A stretch of 64,000 nt of DNA from an uncultured Bacteriovoracaceae bacterium (GCA_964407615.1 CAYOWH010000003.1:4278-68277), one strand, 5' to 3'. Numbered from the stretch's first letter, positions 8,796-19,297 are shown. Numbers and translations are program-made. Notes: a model not told the origin generated them from the letters alone.

Positions 8796-10640
8796 CTATC
8801 CAGACATTTTTAAATTTTGAGCCTCTGCGTACTTTCTAAAGCGCGATTGCTTAGCCATGAGCTCTTGTGGATTGCCCTCTTCCACAATCCATCCATTTTC
8901 CAGGAAAACGACCTGGTCACAATGTAAAACCGTTGAAAGCCTATGTGCGACCGTAATTGTTGTTCGACCCACACTGGCTTTTTTAATCGATTCCATAATT
9001 CTTGCCTCAGACAAAGAATCCAACGAACTTGTCGCCTCATCAAATATCAAAATTTCAGGATTATGTAATAATGCTCTCGCAATTGAAAGCCTCTGCTTTT
9101 GGCCGCCTGAAAGCTTGATTCCTCGCTCTCCAATGACAGTATCGATGCCCTCTGGAAGTCGATCAATAAACTCAAGCGCGTCCGCCTGGTCTAAAGCCCT
9201 TCTTATTTCAAGTTCCGTTGCATCTGATTTAAACAAAACTAAGTTTTCTCGAATCGTTGGAAAAAACATTGTTGCCTCTTGTGAAACCAAGCCAAAAAGT
9301 TTTCGATAATCTTTGATGCTTAGCTCAGTAAAATTTTTTCCATTCAATTTTATGCCTCCACTTGTAGGTCCGTAGAAGCCTAAAATCAAATCAACAAGCG
9401 TCGACTTTCCTGAACCACTTGGACCTACAATCGCAAGATGCTTTCCCTTAGAAACAACTAAATCTATTGAATTTAAAACCTTTCTTTGAGTTTGAGGATA
9501 TACAAAGCTGACTCCCCTTAGATGAATAGATCCCTCAAAATCTTCAATTTTCCCTTGTCCCCAGCTAAGATCCATTTCACTTTTATCTTTTAAAAGACTT
9601 TCTATTTTATTTAAAAAAGTAGAAGAAAATGAAAAGATATTCATAGAATTTGAAAATGAATTAAAAAACTGAAGAGTTCTGGCGAGAACCATTAAAAAAC
9701 TAAAAACGACTGTCAAATAATTGCTCGTAGATTGAAACGGGTCAAAGTAGCAAAACAAAACCATAACAAACACACAGATAACTCCAAAGATTTCGTTTGC
9801 TTGAGCCAATAGAAGGCTAGTTAGCATTTGTTTTATAAAGTTTGAGAATGGAACTTTGCTTTTTTCCAAAATTCTTAAAGATTCTAACTCTTCTTTATTT
9901 GCTAATTTTAAATAACGAATTCCGGCATAAAAATTTGAATGATCTTGACTCATGGCTTTCAAGCCTAAGCCCCAATTATGAACAGCTTTTTTAAAACTAA
10001 TTCGTAATTTTTTTGTAATATAAAAAAGAGGTAAAGAAAAAACACAAAGCAAAAAAGTTAAAGGCAATGAAACGTAGAGCATGAGAGAAAAAGAAAGAAA
10101 CAAAGCCAGAAAGTAAAGGATACAGTTTGTAAAAACATTAATGAAATTCATTGAATTATACAAGTAAATTTCTAAAGCAGAAAGGATTGTTGAACTTCCC
10201 TCTCGAACATAAAAACTTAGACCTTTTGATGAAAAAACTTTTAAAATTTTTGCCTTTAAAAAAATAGAATGTTTCAGGACAAGTTTTTGGCCAAATTTTT
10301 CGCGTAAAATCTGTATGACTCCCCTTAATAGTAATAAAACAAAAACACATGAAAAAAAGAAAAAATAATATCTTTGATCAATCACAAAAAATCTAGCTGC
10401 AATTGAATCAATTTTTTGGAAAAGAGGTAGTTTTTGATTAGGATCTAGTACTCTCATCAAAGATGGTAAGAATAAGGCAGCTGTCAAAAGATTCAAAGCA
10501 ATAGATGCCAAACCAAAAGAAAAAGCTATTAAAGTCCACCTCTTGGAAGTGATTAAAAGCTCATAAAAAAGGCTCTTTCTAAAACGTTCAATTCGCTTAA
10601 CCCATGAAGCTTTCATCTCTTTAACTTTTTTGATCATCAA
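8796..10640 (-). CDS. ABC exporter, fused permease/ATPase (MsbA-like type I exporter)
   Basis: It has an N-terminal six-helix-like hydrophobic region, Walker A (GPSGSGKST), an ABC signature (LSGGQKQRLSIARAL) and Walker B (ILIFDEATS). Confidence 0.85.
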   Translation of the reverse strand: MMIKKVKEMKASWVKRIERFRKSLFYELLITSKRWTLIAFSFGLASIALNLLTAALFLPSLMRVLDPNQKLPLFQKIDSIAARFFVIDQRYYFFFFSCVFVLLLLRGVIQILREKFGQKLVLKHSIFLKAKILKVFSSKGLSFYVREGSSTILSALEIYLYNSMNFINVFTNCILYFLALFLSFSLMLYVSLPLTFLLCVFSLPLFYITKKLRISFKKAVHNWGLGLKAMSQDHSNFYAGIRYLKLANKEELESLRILEKSKVPFSNFIKQMLTSLLLAQANEIFGVICVFVMVLFCYFDPFQSTSNYLTVVFSFLMVLARTLQFFNSFSNSMNIFSFSSTFLNKIESLLKDKSEMDLSWGQGKIEDFEGSIHLRGVSFVYPQTQRKVLNSIDLVVSKGKHLAIVGPSGSGKSTLVDLILGFYGPTSGGIKLNGKNFTELSIKDYRKLFGLVSQEATMFFPTIRENLVLFKSDATELEIRRALDQADALEFIDRLPEGIDTVIGERGIKLSGGQKQRLSIARALLHNPEILIFDEATSSLDSLSEARIMESIKKASVGRTTITVAHRLSTVLHCDQVVFLENGWIVEEGNPQELMAKQSRFRKYAEAQNLKMSG

Positions 10641-10770
10641 GTTTTTTTTCGGATTAATTCAACCTCTCTGAAGCACTAAACAGAGAATAAAATGGCTGTA
10701 TACGTCAAGTTTTTTACACTTCAAGAATCTTTAAGGTTTATCTAAGCCAAGGCTTGTCTATACTAAACAT

Positions 10771-12075
10771 ATGCTTAACGTTGATCCGAATCGTTTATGG
10801 TTTGTTTACATTGATGGCAAAGAAATTGGCCCTTTAAAAGAAGTTGAAATTAGGCACAAGATTTTGACAAAAACTTTTGCGCCCAACTTTAATGCCTACA
10901 CAGAAGGAATGGCCGACTGGAAAGCACTCTGCGAGATAGAGCTCTTTAAAGAACTCTTTGAAGAAAAAACAAGTTCAAATCTCGTTGAGAAAAAAATTTC
11001 TGATGAATTTGACCGAATTCCTTTTTCAGCAAAACAGCAAAAAAGAAAAGATAAAGCTCGAATCTTTTTAATTTCCTCACTTGTTCTCACGCTCGTTGCT
11101 ACAGTTTTTTACTTCTGGGATCCCAACACCGAACTAGAGACAAAACTTTTAACTCAAGGCAATCTCACTCAAGAAGCTAGTACAACCGTTGAAGATCCTT
11201 TTACCAAAAAGGATTGGGCTGAACTCAAAAATTACAGAAACAGAACAGACATAGTCGGAACTGGTTTTGTTCTAGCTCGAGATCAGATAGATGAAGAATT
11301 TCCTATTCTCAAAGGAGCTGTTTCTACAAACGTAAACTCAAAAGATATTGAATATAAAATCTATCCTGTTCCAGGAGCACACCTCATGCCTCTACCTAAA
11401 GTGATTGAAGGAAAAACTTCTATCGTTAATGGCTTTTTCGTTGTGGGTCCTTTGTCGGATGGAGGAAAAAGTTTAGCAATCGGCAAATATCGACTCATTG
11501 CAAAAGCAGATCAAAGTTACCTCGGTGAAGTAACACTTCAAAGAGGTCACTTGCCCGAAGGTCCCGAGCTTCAAAAAGAAGAAGAAAACCTTAAATCTCT
11601 TCGCTTTCAAAAAATATTAGACTTAAAAAATACCTACACTAAAAAAACTGAGAAGATCGAAACTCTCATGAAAGACTTTCAAAAACTTAAAACCAGTGCC
11701 ATCAACCCTAGTAATTCAGACCCAGCTACCTTTTCAGCGGAAGCACGTCTAGCACTCGAAAAACTACGCGATCTGCGAACAGAAATTAAGAATTCAGAAA
11801 GCGACCTAACTCTGATTGGAAAAGACGGACTCGAACTCATACAAGTGACAGACAGCATTTGGGCCCCTCTGTCGACAGCTTTTCAAGAATTTCCCAATCC
11901 CGATCAACAGAGATTCGTAAACTTTGATGCAAAAAGTGTCGAGCTTTATTTAACAAAAATAAAAAATAAAATATCAAAAGTTTCTCCAGATGAGGTTGCC
12001 CAAAGAGCTGAAACTTTGTTGAATGAAGAGATGATCAAGAAGACATTCACAACTGAGGAAGCAACAGCTCGATGA
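10771..12075 (+). CDS. GYF_2 (DUF4339) domain membrane protein, hypothetical
   Basis: The N-terminus (LWFVYIDGKEIGPLKEVEI...YTEGMADWKALCEIELFKELF) fits the GYF_2 pattern. One TM helix (IFLISSLVLTLVATVFYFW) follows. Confidence 0.5.
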   Translation: MLNVDPNRLWFVYIDGKEIGPLKEVEIRHKILTKTFAPNFNAYTEGMADWKALCEIELFKELFEEKTSSNLVEKKISDEFDRIPFSAKQQKRKDKARIFLISSLVLTLVATVFYFWDPNTELETKLLTQGNLTQEASTTVEDPFTKKDWAELKNYRNRTDIVGTGFVLARDQIDEEFPILKGAVSTNVNSKDIEYKIYPVPGAHLMPLPKVIEGKTSIVNGFFVVGPLSDGGKSLAIGKYRLIAKADQSYLGEVTLQRGHLPEGPELQKEEENLKSLRFQKILDLKNTYTKKTEKIETLMKDFQKLKTSAINPSNSDPATFSAEARLALEKLRDLRTEIKNSESDLTLIGKDGLELIQVTDSIWAPLSTAFQEFPNPDQQRFVNFDAKSVELYLTKIKNKISKVSPDEVAQRAETLLNEEMIKKTFTTEEATAR

Positions 12076-13049
12076 AGACTCTTGATATTCTCGTCGCTGG
12101 ATGCGGGAGTGTCGGACTTCCCCTCTTAAAAGAAATACTCCAAAAAAACAAAGATCATTCACTTGAAATCATGGCTCTTGAAGCCTCATCTCGAATTGGA
12201 GGAAATGCTTTTTTTGCTTCACGTATAAATTCTTCCTCAAAAAAAGATTTAACTCATAACAATCCCCTTCCCTCTCTTAAGGTCTGGTGGGATCGCGCAT
12301 GGATGAATCCCGATCAAGTTGAATGGACCTCTAAAGAATGGGCTTTCTCTCTTCCTCAATGGGAAACCTACTTTTCCTCCTGCAGTATAAAGCCCTCCTC
12401 TTCTCCAACTTCCTCCGATCTCGACAGTGAAGTTCAAAAGCATATCCAAAACGAAACACCAATTAGTGAAGTAAAATTTGAAAACAATCAATGGTTACTC
12501 TGCTCGGGTGAAAAAACGTACACTGCTCCCAAGCTTTACTGGACTCTAGGGCTCAAAAACTTTCAAAATTGTTTTGGAAAAAAACAAGCCGAAGAATTTC
12601 TCGTTAAAAACCCATCCTTTATTGAAGGTGCCCGCGAAGCCGAAGGGGTTCTTGCCGCTGAATATCACTTTTCTCATTCTGAACAAACCATTGCTGAATC
12701 ATTTGTTGCAATACCGGTTCGTTTTGAATCAAAACTTTATTTGAGTTTTGTTTTTTTAACTTCCCAAAAAGCTGAAACCTTTACTTATCTTCATAACGAT
12801 CTTTTAAAAAGCCCCAAAGAACTCAGTTCCTTTGAAAAAGCTTTAAAGAGAAGTTTAAAACACGTTTTTGCAAACTGCATCCAGGAACTTGAGAATCCCT
12901 GTTTAGGCATCATAAACGAGGCCCAAGGTTATGAAAAAGCTCAACCCTGGACTTTGAAAGATTGTCCCGCAAAGGGAATCTTTTTTGTTTCAGAAAGCGA
13001 GCAAGCTTTTAAAAACGAATCCTTCACAGGTAAGGAAGTTTCTATTTGA
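12072..13049 (+). CDS. Hypothetical protein with N-terminal dinucleotide-binding motif
   Basis: DILVAGCGSVGLPLL is a GxGxxG motif. The start is coupled to the upstream gene by an ATGA overlap. The rest of the protein is not recognised. Confidence 0.4.
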   Translation: MKTLDILVAGCGSVGLPLLKEILQKNKDHSLEIMALEASSRIGGNAFFASRINSSSKKDLTHNNPLPSLKVWWDRAWMNPDQVEWTSKEWAFSLPQWETYFSSCSIKPSSSPTSSDLDSEVQKHIQNETPISEVKFENNQWLLCSGEKTYTAPKLYWTLGLKNFQNCFGKKQAEEFLVKNPSFIEGAREAEGVLAAEYHFSHSEQTIAESFVAIPVRFESKLYLSFVFLTSQKAETFTYLHNDLLKSPKELSSFEKALKRSLKHVFANCIQELENPCLGIINEAQGYEKAQPWTLKDCPAKGIFFVSESEQAFKNESFTGKEVSI

Positions 13050-14397
13050 TCTGTGCCTTTTGTTTTATCCCAAATTTTTTATTTAATTGATTAATTCCAT
13101 CAACGAGTAAATCCGAGTTTGAAACAGCTTCCAAATTCAACTCAACTCTTCTATTAAGTTTCCAACCCTTAGAATTATCGGGAGCGCCTTCAACGGGCTC
13201 ATCAAAAGCCTTGCCCTCATATCGAAGCTTTTCAGCTCGCACTCCTCCTGCAATCAGAGCTTCATAAACTGACTTTGCTCGTGCTTCGGAAAGCTCCATG
13301 TTGACTTCTCTTTCTCTACCAGCAGGTCCTCGTTTATCCGTATGACCTACAATCGTTAAAGTCTGAAAAGTTTGATCGTTTTCAGCGAGTAAGGCACCCA
13401 AGCTTTTAAGATACTCTCTGCTTTGTGCAGATCCTATATGAGACATTCCACTCGCAAAGCGAAAACTATCTGAAGGTAAGCGAATAAAAACAGAGGGCCT
13501 TACCTCGCTGCTCTCATTTTTGGTTCTTTCTGAAAGCTCCCCAGCCTGTCCTTCAATATTTTGCAACAAAGGTGTTTCTGTTGAAGGTAAATCCATTTTT
13601 TGGATGGGACTCTCATTAAACTCTTCTTTTAAGGGCATGGGTTCTGATTCTCGAACGGATATTCCCTCTTCAACAAGCGGTAAGTTTTGAACAACTGGCA
13701 ACACCCCCACATCTTCACCCGGATAGAGTTCAGGCTGAAAAGAGTACGGTATAGCCTCGCCGCTTCCAAAAAGATCGAATCCAATCTGAAACGAAAGATT
13801 TCCCATGTAAATATTTCGAGTGTCAGACACATCCGTCAAAGCTTGAAGTCCTATTCGATAAAGCGTTTTTTCAGTCGGACTTGTCATGTCAAAATTAAAT
13901 CCAACGCCCAAGAAATTCATTGTTGAAGATTTTTTTTCTGTACTGGAAACTGTCTCCGAGAAATTAGCATTAGATCCTAACAACCCTCGATAAATAGGCC
14001 CCAATTGCCATCGACCCAAATCTCCGAATCGAAATCTTGGAAAAACCTCTACAAAAGTCAGACCTTTTTTGATTTCAACAGCTTTTCCACCTCCAGAAGC
14101 TTTGCTCGTCAAATTGAGGCTCGACCACCCACCTAAAAGATCAAGTGCAAAAACCGAGGAGACATACCAACTCAATCCAGCCTTTGCACCAAACAAAAAA
14201 CCTGTTTTGTCCATTTCCTTTAATCCAGGATTCACAGTGCTTGTTCCAGGATTCACAACGTTAGAGGACAGCATCATTCCTCCAACCTCTCCTCCACCCA
14301 CCAGCCACAGACCCAAACCGTATCGAGCATGTGAAACCAAAGAGGTAAAAAAGAAACAAGCCCCCAAAAACCTTAAGGAAGTCTTAGAAAAAATCAT
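13042..14397 (-). CDS. OmpA-family outer membrane protein
   Basis: It has a signal peptide (FFFTSLVSHA), a Gly/aromatic-rich beta-barrel-like N-terminal half, and a C-terminal OmpA domain (TIVGHTDKRGP...NMELSEARAKSVYEAL...NRRVELNL). Confidence 0.82.
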   Translation of the reverse strand: MIFSKTSLRFLGACFFFTSLVSHARYGLGLWLVGGGEVGGMMLSSNVVNPGTSTVNPGLKEMDKTGFLFGAKAGLSWYVSSVFALDLLGGWSSLNLTSKASGGGKAVEIKKGLTFVEVFPRFRFGDLGRWQLGPIYRGLLGSNANFSETVSSTEKKSSTMNFLGVGFNFDMTSPTEKTLYRIGLQALTDVSDTRNIYMGNLSFQIGFDLFGSGEAIPYSFQPELYPGEDVGVLPVVQNLPLVEEGISVRESEPMPLKEEFNESPIQKMDLPSTETPLLQNIEGQAGELSERTKNESSEVRPSVFIRLPSDSFRFASGMSHIGSAQSREYLKSLGALLAENDQTFQTLTIVGHTDKRGPAGREREVNMELSEARAKSVYEALIAGGVRAEKLRYEGKAFDEPVEGAPDNSKGWKLNRRVELNLEAVSNSDLLVDGINQLNKKFGIKQKAQIK

Positions 14398-14555
14398 AAT
14401 TATAGACAGAATACACTAGGTGACTCTTTCTTCTGGCTTTGAAAACGTCAAAGTGATGATCGAAACAACATTCCTAAATAAAAAAAACAAAAAAATTCAT
14501 GCTTTAGCCTTGCCTCATCGCTCACTTAGTCCTATTTCAAGAGTGTTCCCTGGAT

Positions 14556-14631
14556 GAGTCGGTAGCTCAGTCGGTAGAGCATCTCCCTTTTAAGGAGAGG
14601 GTCCACGGTTCGAGCCCGTGCCGACTCACCA
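14556..14631 (+). tRNA. tRNA-Lys (anticodon UUU), CCA encoded
   Basis: The fold is a 76-nt cloverleaf. The acceptor stem is GAGTCGG/CCGACTC, the D arm is GCTC-AGTCGGT-AGAGC, and the anticodon stem is TCTCC/GGAGA. The anticodon loop is CTTTTAA with anticodon TTT at 14589-14591. The T arm contains GGTTCGAGCC and the 3' end is ACCA. Confidence 0.95.
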
Positions 14632-14776
14632 TTTTCTGGAACAAGCATCTCAAAACATTTAATTTTGTCGCTCTTGACTTCAAAAGACATGGATTTATGC
14701 TTCTTTATAAGGAAATAACGAAAAAAGTCCATGGTTTAGCTTTGCATAAATCTTTGGACTGGGAGGCTCAGTTGCT

Positions 14777-15529
14777 ATGATTGAAGTCAATAAACTTGTT
14801 AAAAAATACGGTTCCCACCAGGCACTTCGCGAAATCTCTTTTAAAGTAAATAAAGGCGAGATCGTCGGACTCCTAGGACCAAACGGAGCTGGAAAATCTA
14901 CAACCATGAAAATCTTAAGCGGCTTTATGCCCGCAACAAGTGGTGAGGTGATAGTTTCAGGCCACGATATTGTTGACGAAGCCCTCGAGGTCAAAAGAAA
15001 AGTTGGATATCTACCCGAACACCCTCCAGTTTATCCCGAACTTCGCGTTCGAGAATATCTCGACTATGTTGCCTCTCTCAAACAAGTTCCCAGCAAGGAA
15101 CGACCCGAGAGACTTGATTTTATTATTGACCGCTGCGGACTTAAAAGTCGCGCGGGACAAATCATCGGAACTCTTTCAAAAGGATATCAGCAGCGTGTAG
15201 GAATCGCACAAGCACTTGTTCATAATCCTGAAGTTGTCATTCTTGATGAACCCACCGTGGGGCTTGACCCTATCCAAATTGTTGAAATTCGAAACTTGAT
15301 TCGCAGTCTTGCAAATTCGCATACAGTTATTTTATCAACTCACATTCTTCCTGAAGTTGTGATGACTTGTAGCCGAGTTCTTCTCATCAATATGGGAACA
15401 ATTCTTGTTGATGGCTCCGTTGAGAGTCTCACTCGTGGATCAGGTGAATCATTAGAACAGGCCTATTTGAGAATTGTTTCTCAAGATGCTTCTAACCTTG
15501 TTCAATCCACTCAATCTGGAAATGCGTGA
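14777..15529 (+). CDS. ABC-2 type transporter ATP-binding protein (GldA-like)
   Basis: It has Walker A (GPNGAGKSTT), a signature-like LSKGYQQRVGIAQAL and Walker B (VVILDEPTVGLD). A GGGAGG RBS lies upstream. Confidence 0.85.
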   Translation: MIEVNKLVKKYGSHQALREISFKVNKGEIVGLLGPNGAGKSTTMKILSGFMPATSGEVIVSGHDIVDEALEVKRKVGYLPEHPPVYPELRVREYLDYVASLKQVPSKERPERLDFIIDRCGLKSRAGQIIGTLSKGYQQRVGIAQALVHNPEVVILDEPTVGLDPIQIVEIRNLIRSLANSHTVILSTHILPEVVMTCSRVLLINMGTILVDGSVESLTRGSGESLEQAYLRIVSQDASNLVQSTQSGNA

Positions 15530-15539
15530 GGAGGGACTT

Positions 15540-16325
15540 ATGAATTTTGGAAATATTTTTAAAATCTGGAAAAAAGACTTAAAAAGTTATTTTTACACAC
15601 CAATGGCCTATGTGTTTATTGGGGCTTTTTCTTTTGTTGTAGGAATCATGTTTTTTCTTTTCTTAAGAGCTTATCTTTTTTACGAGCGTCAACAAGCCAT
15701 GATGGGCGGAGAATCCATCACGATCGACCGTTTTGCAGAAGCCCTCTACGGCAACGTCAACACTCTTCTTCTTTTTGTCATTCCCTTTTTTACGATGGGA
15801 CTTTTTACAGACGAAGTTAAAAAAAATACTCTTGTTCTTTTACTAACTTCGCCTATTAGAACGATAGAAATCGTGTTGGGTAAATTCTTTTCGGCACTCA
15901 CAATCGTGGGTCTTATGTTGGCGATCACGCTTGTGTTTCCTGTCTTTCTTACTCTCTATAGTCATGGAGGTTGGCGATTTGGGCCAGACCCAGGTGTCGT
16001 TGCATCTACCTACTTAGGGCTTTTGCTCATTAGCTCTCTTTACATTTCGGTAGGATTATTTTGGTCAAGTGTTGCCAACTCAGCTTTAACAGCCGTGATG
16101 CTTACCTTTGCTAACCTATTTGGATTTTGGCTCGTAAGCTTTGCTGCTCAAAGCACGGATGGAAGCCTTAAAGCAATTCTTTCTCATGTCGCTGTCATGG
16201 AACAATTCACGGGTTTAATGCAAGGAACAATTGACCTCAAATCATTGGTCTTTTTTGCTTCTGGTATTTTCCTGGGACTTTTCTTAACTCAAAAATCTGT
16301 TGAATCATATTCTTGGAGGAGCTGA
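15540..16325 (+). CDS. ABC-2 type transporter permease (GldF-like)
   Basis: The protein is polytopic and hydrophobic. The ATG at 15540 is preceded by GAGGAGGG. It follows the ATPase directly. Confidence 0.75.
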   Translation: MNFGNIFKIWKKDLKSYFYTPMAYVFIGAFSFVVGIMFFLFLRAYLFYERQQAMMGGESITIDRFAEALYGNVNTLLLFVIPFFTMGLFTDEVKKNTLVLLLTSPIRTIEIVLGKFFSALTIVGLMLAITLVFPVFLTLYSHGGWRFGPDPGVVASTYLGLLLISSLYISVGLFWSSVANSALTAVMLTFANLFGFWLVSFAAQSTDGSLKAILSHVAVMEQFTGLMQGTIDLKSLVFFASGIFLGLFLTQKSVESYSWRS

Positions 16326-16327
16326 TT

Positions 16328-17929
16328 ATGTTAGGTAAATTAGGACTTAAGCTTTTTCTTTTTGCACTTTTTGCAATGATTGTTCTTTATCATTTTGTTC
16401 CTGGAGTATGGGAGTACTCGTGGGTTCCTTTAACCTGCCTCTCTTTTTTAGGGGTTGGTTTTGTTTTGTGGGTAGTTTTTAGTATTGAATGGCTTGTTAC
16501 TTGGTTCAAAAAACGCTCTAGCCAATGGGGACTTAGTATTATCGTTTCCACTATTGGACTTGTAGGAATCTTAAGCGTTCTTAACTGGACAGCTGTTCAA
16601 AAAAACAAAAAATGGGATATGACTCGCAACAAACTCCATTCCCTAAGTGATCAAACAATCAAAATCATTCAGAACTTAAAAGAAGATGTCACCTTGGAGA
16701 TTTGGACCACAAACATCAAAGAAATGTCTGGATCAACCGACATGAATAGTTTTCTTGAAAGTTACAAAGAAAAATCAAAAGGAAAATTAACACTAAAAAT
16801 AAGAAATCCAAACGCTGAGCGAGTAGAAGCTATTCAAGCAAAAATCACTCGCAAGGATGTCATTATTGCAAAAGCAAGCTCTGGCCGTGAAAGTCGAATT
16901 GATAATTTCAGCACCGGAAGAGCCGAGGAACAAATCACGAATGCAATCGTTCAAGCCCTTAAAGGAAGAAAGAAGCTGCTCTGTTTTCTAGATGGTCATG
17001 GCGAGCTTAAAACAAGCGCGCGAGAAAGCGGTGATCAAGCCATCAGTATTTCTCAACTTAAAGAGGCGCTTGAAAACTCTTCCTACGAAATTAGAGAAAT
17101 CACTCTCGCCACTGAAAAAGTCGCTCCTAACAACTGCGAATTAATTGCAAGCATGGGTCCTCGTTCCGCTCCATCAGACAATGAAGTAAAACTTCTAAAA
17201 GAATATCTCGCACAAGGAGGCAAACTTTTTGCTTTTTGGGGCGTTGAAACACCTGCTGCATGGAATTCAGTGATTGAAGCTTATGGAGTCAAACTCGAAA
17301 ACAACGTCTTGATTGACGAAAGAGTTCAAGGCGCACCAGGCGTTTACACAAAAAGCTTCTCGCCTGAAAGCGACATCACTCGTAACTTTAACTCACCTCT
17401 TTTCATGATTCTTGCCCGATCTATTGTTGTTCCCAAAGCAACGCCTCCTAACGTGACGGCTCGAGCCATTGCGACAACAGAAACCGGTACACTCCAAAAA
17501 GTGGGCGACATCAAATCCTTAAAGAGCGGAAGCGTTTCACGATCCTCACTTAGTAAAGCAAACTCACTTCCTCTTGTTGTAGAAATTACTCAGCCTGTAA
17601 AAACTGCCGAGACAAAAGACAAATCAATTGAATCAGAAAAGAAAGAATCTAAAGAAACAGGAATTTTATTAATTGGAAACCAAATGCTGGCATCCAATGG
17701 GCTCATCGGACAATTTGGAAACATGGACTTTCTTATGAATTCTTTTAGCTATCTTGCAAAGGACACAGACCTTATTGGAATTCGCCCTAAAGAAGTAAAA
17801 TCTGCAAAACTTGATCTCACTGCCAACAGTCTTAAACAAGTTCAAGGCTACTTGCTTCTTTCTACGTTAATGTTCGTTGTTTTTGCTGTACTCTTAGGAT
17901 TTGGAAGAAAAACGAATATACCCGTTTAA
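16328..17929 (+). CDS. ABC transporter auxiliary protein, GldG-like
   Basis: It has N- and C-terminal TM anchors around a large soluble domain. It is third in an ATPase-permease-GldG gene order. The ATG at 16328 follows GGAGGAG. Confidence 0.65.
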   Translation: MLGKLGLKLFLFALFAMIVLYHFVPGVWEYSWVPLTCLSFLGVGFVLWVVFSIEWLVTWFKKRSSQWGLSIIVSTIGLVGILSVLNWTAVQKNKKWDMTRNKLHSLSDQTIKIIQNLKEDVTLEIWTTNIKEMSGSTDMNSFLESYKEKSKGKLTLKIRNPNAERVEAIQAKITRKDVIIAKASSGRESRIDNFSTGRAEEQITNAIVQALKGRKKLLCFLDGHGELKTSARESGDQAISISQLKEALENSSYEIREITLATEKVAPNNCELIASMGPRSAPSDNEVKLLKEYLAQGGKLFAFWGVETPAAWNSVIEAYGVKLENNVLIDERVQGAPGVYTKSFSPESDITRNFNSPLFMILARSIVVPKATPPNVTARAIATTETGTLQKVGDIKSLKSGSVSRSSLSKANSLPLVVEITQPVKTAETKDKSIESEKKESKETGILLIGNQMLASNGLIGQFGNMDFLMNSFSYLAKDTDLIGIRPKEVKSAKLDLTANSLKQVQGYLLLSTLMFVVFAVLLGFGRKTNIPV

Positions 17930-18507
17930 TTTTCAACAAACGAAGGATCAAAGCCATAGTTCATTTCAAACGCATTTAAGTCGCTTGAGTGTTTTATGGC
18001 TTTTTCTATGTCACTTATCTCTGGCCAAAGAGGGCAGTCTTTCAGTCCTTTAATAATTTTTACTTTGGGAGATAAAACAACTTCAGATTCTTTATCATTT
18101 TTAATTTCTAAAAACTTATACCCACGCTCAAGGCATTGCCCTAGATTTAAAGATTTAGCCTTTGTGGCTCTCAATGAAATTGCAAAGCTTTCCCCAAAGA
18201 GCCTGTAGGATGGAACACCCACCATGGGCACTCCTAGTGCGACACTCAAGCCCTTCGCAAAAGAAGCCGATACGCGAAGCCCTGTGAAGGATCCAGGACC
18301 CTGAAAAACATAAATTTTGGTAATTTTATTGAAATCAGATTGAGCCATTTTAAGTAGATGAGTCAGTTGCGCGGGCAATTCGTCTGCTAGCTCTTTCCCC
18401 TCCTGTTGCTCCCATAGAGTATGAGCACAAAGATCATGGGTCTGCGAAAACAAAGCCATAATGGCTCGTGATGATAACATTGAAAGAACAAGCTTTGTCA
18501 TTTCCAA
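17926..18507 (-). CDS. tsaB: tRNA t6A37 biosynthesis protein TsaB (YeaZ family), divergent and short
   Basis: It has a GPGSFTGLRVSASFAKGL motif. The N-terminal DTS-type motif is not evident. Confidence 0.65.
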   Translation of the reverse strand: MEMTKLVLSMLSSRAIMALFSQTHDLCAHTLWEQQEGKELADELPAQLTHLLKMAQSDFNKITKIYVFQGPGSFTGLRVSASFAKGLSVALGVPMVGVPSYRLFGESFAISLRATKAKSLNLGQCLERGYKFLEIKNDKESEVVLSPKVKIIKGLKDCPLWPEISDIEKAIKHSSDLNAFEMNYGFDPSFVEN

Positions 18508-18562
18508 AACCTATCCATAATACTTCTCTCTGTTGAGAACAAGAAGTTTAGGAAAGCTTCAC

Positions 18563-19297
18563 TTAGAACAAAGTCTTTTGAATTTCTGAGGAGTTGAACT
18601 GAACTGTTCCTAAAGTAAAGGATTGAGCTCCACGCTGTCCAGCAAAAGCTTCTTCTGCTCGTTGAAGAATTTGAGCTTCAGTAGGAGGCGCTTCAACGGG
18701 ATTCACATTGAAAATTGGATTCAAACATTTTGCAGGTGTTGTGTTGCACGTAGTTTTAATCAATTCAAGAAAAGCTTCAATTTCGCTTAAATAAGAGTCG
18801 TAAGAAGAGATGTTCGCTATTCGAACAACTCCGCTGACAACACCCGAAAGCGTTTCGGTTGCTTTAAGTTCAACATACCCGTACTTGTCCAAATAGATCA
18901 GGCGAAAGTTGTTATTTTCTTGGCTACTATAAACTAAGTCTGGAGATCTAAAAGTTACCCATCGAAGTCCGATATCATCTTCATATTCAACTCTCAAACT
19001 TGCATCAAAACTTTTTAAGGGTGATGTATTTGCAGCAACACAGAGTGTAGTTGGGGTTTCTTTCTTTCGAACTTTTGCCTGAGCCAAAGCCTCTAAAGCT
19101 GCTATGTGAGTTGTTTCATCTGCATAAAGAACCGGTATTCGACAACTACGTGTTGAAGGTTTCGTTGTCGTCGTTGTCGTTGTTGTATTATCAACCGGAG
19201 TAGTAGCTCCCGTTGATGTCTCTTGAGATTTCACAGAACAAGCACTTGTTAGAAGAATAATTGTAAGAGCAATATAATTTAATATCTTAGAGTTCAT
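18563..19297 (-). CDS. Hypothetical lipoprotein (paralogue of upstream gene)
   Basis: It has a lipobox (ILLTSACS) and a poly-Thr linker (NTTTTTTTTKPS). A RVEYEDD..W core is shared with the 19287-20324 product. Confidence 0.55.
   Translation of the reverse strand: MNSKILNYIALTIILLTSACSVKSQETSTGATTPVDNTTTTTTTTKPSTRSCRIPVLYADETTHIAALEALAQAKVRKKETPTTLCVAANTSPLKSFDASLRVEYEDDIGLRWVTFRSPDLVYSSQENNNFRLIYLDKYGYVELKATETLSGVVSGVVRIANISSYDSYLSEIEAFLELIKTTCNTTPAKCLNPIFNVNPVEAPPTEAQILQRAEEAFAGQRGAQSFTLGTVQFNSSEIQKTLF

Noticed and set aside
8857-9309. 150-aa plus-strand ORF
   Set aside because: It lies entirely antisense to the nucleotide-binding domain of the ABC exporter, whose Walker and signature motifs are unambiguous on the minus strand. 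This is a typical shadow ORF.
14532-14732. 66-aa minus-strand ORF
   Set aside because: It overlaps the tRNA-Lys gene on the opposite strand and is spurious.
14690-14765. Short inverted repeats (GATTTATGC/GCATAAATC and AGTCCA/TGGACT) downstream of the tRNA
   Set aside because: The stems are short with long loops and no T-tract. That is too weak to call a terminator or a leader structure.
14398-14776. tRNA-Lys as a possible integration site or genomic island border
   Set aside because: No integrase is present and I found no direct repeat of the tRNA 3' end elsewhere. The flanking genes (OmpA and the GldA/F/G-like ABC transporter) look like core genes.
14695-14994. 99-aa minus-strand ORF overlapping the start of the ABC ATPase
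   Set aside because: It is antisense to the Walker A region of a clear ABC ATPase. The product is Pro/Ser-rich and looks like nonsense, and no RBS is present.
17926-18507. TsaB lacking the usual N-terminal DTS-type motif as a possible pseudogene
   Set aside because: The ORF is intact and the GPGSFTGLRV core is present. TsaB is non-catalytic and divergent in many lineages, so this is not enough evidence for decay.
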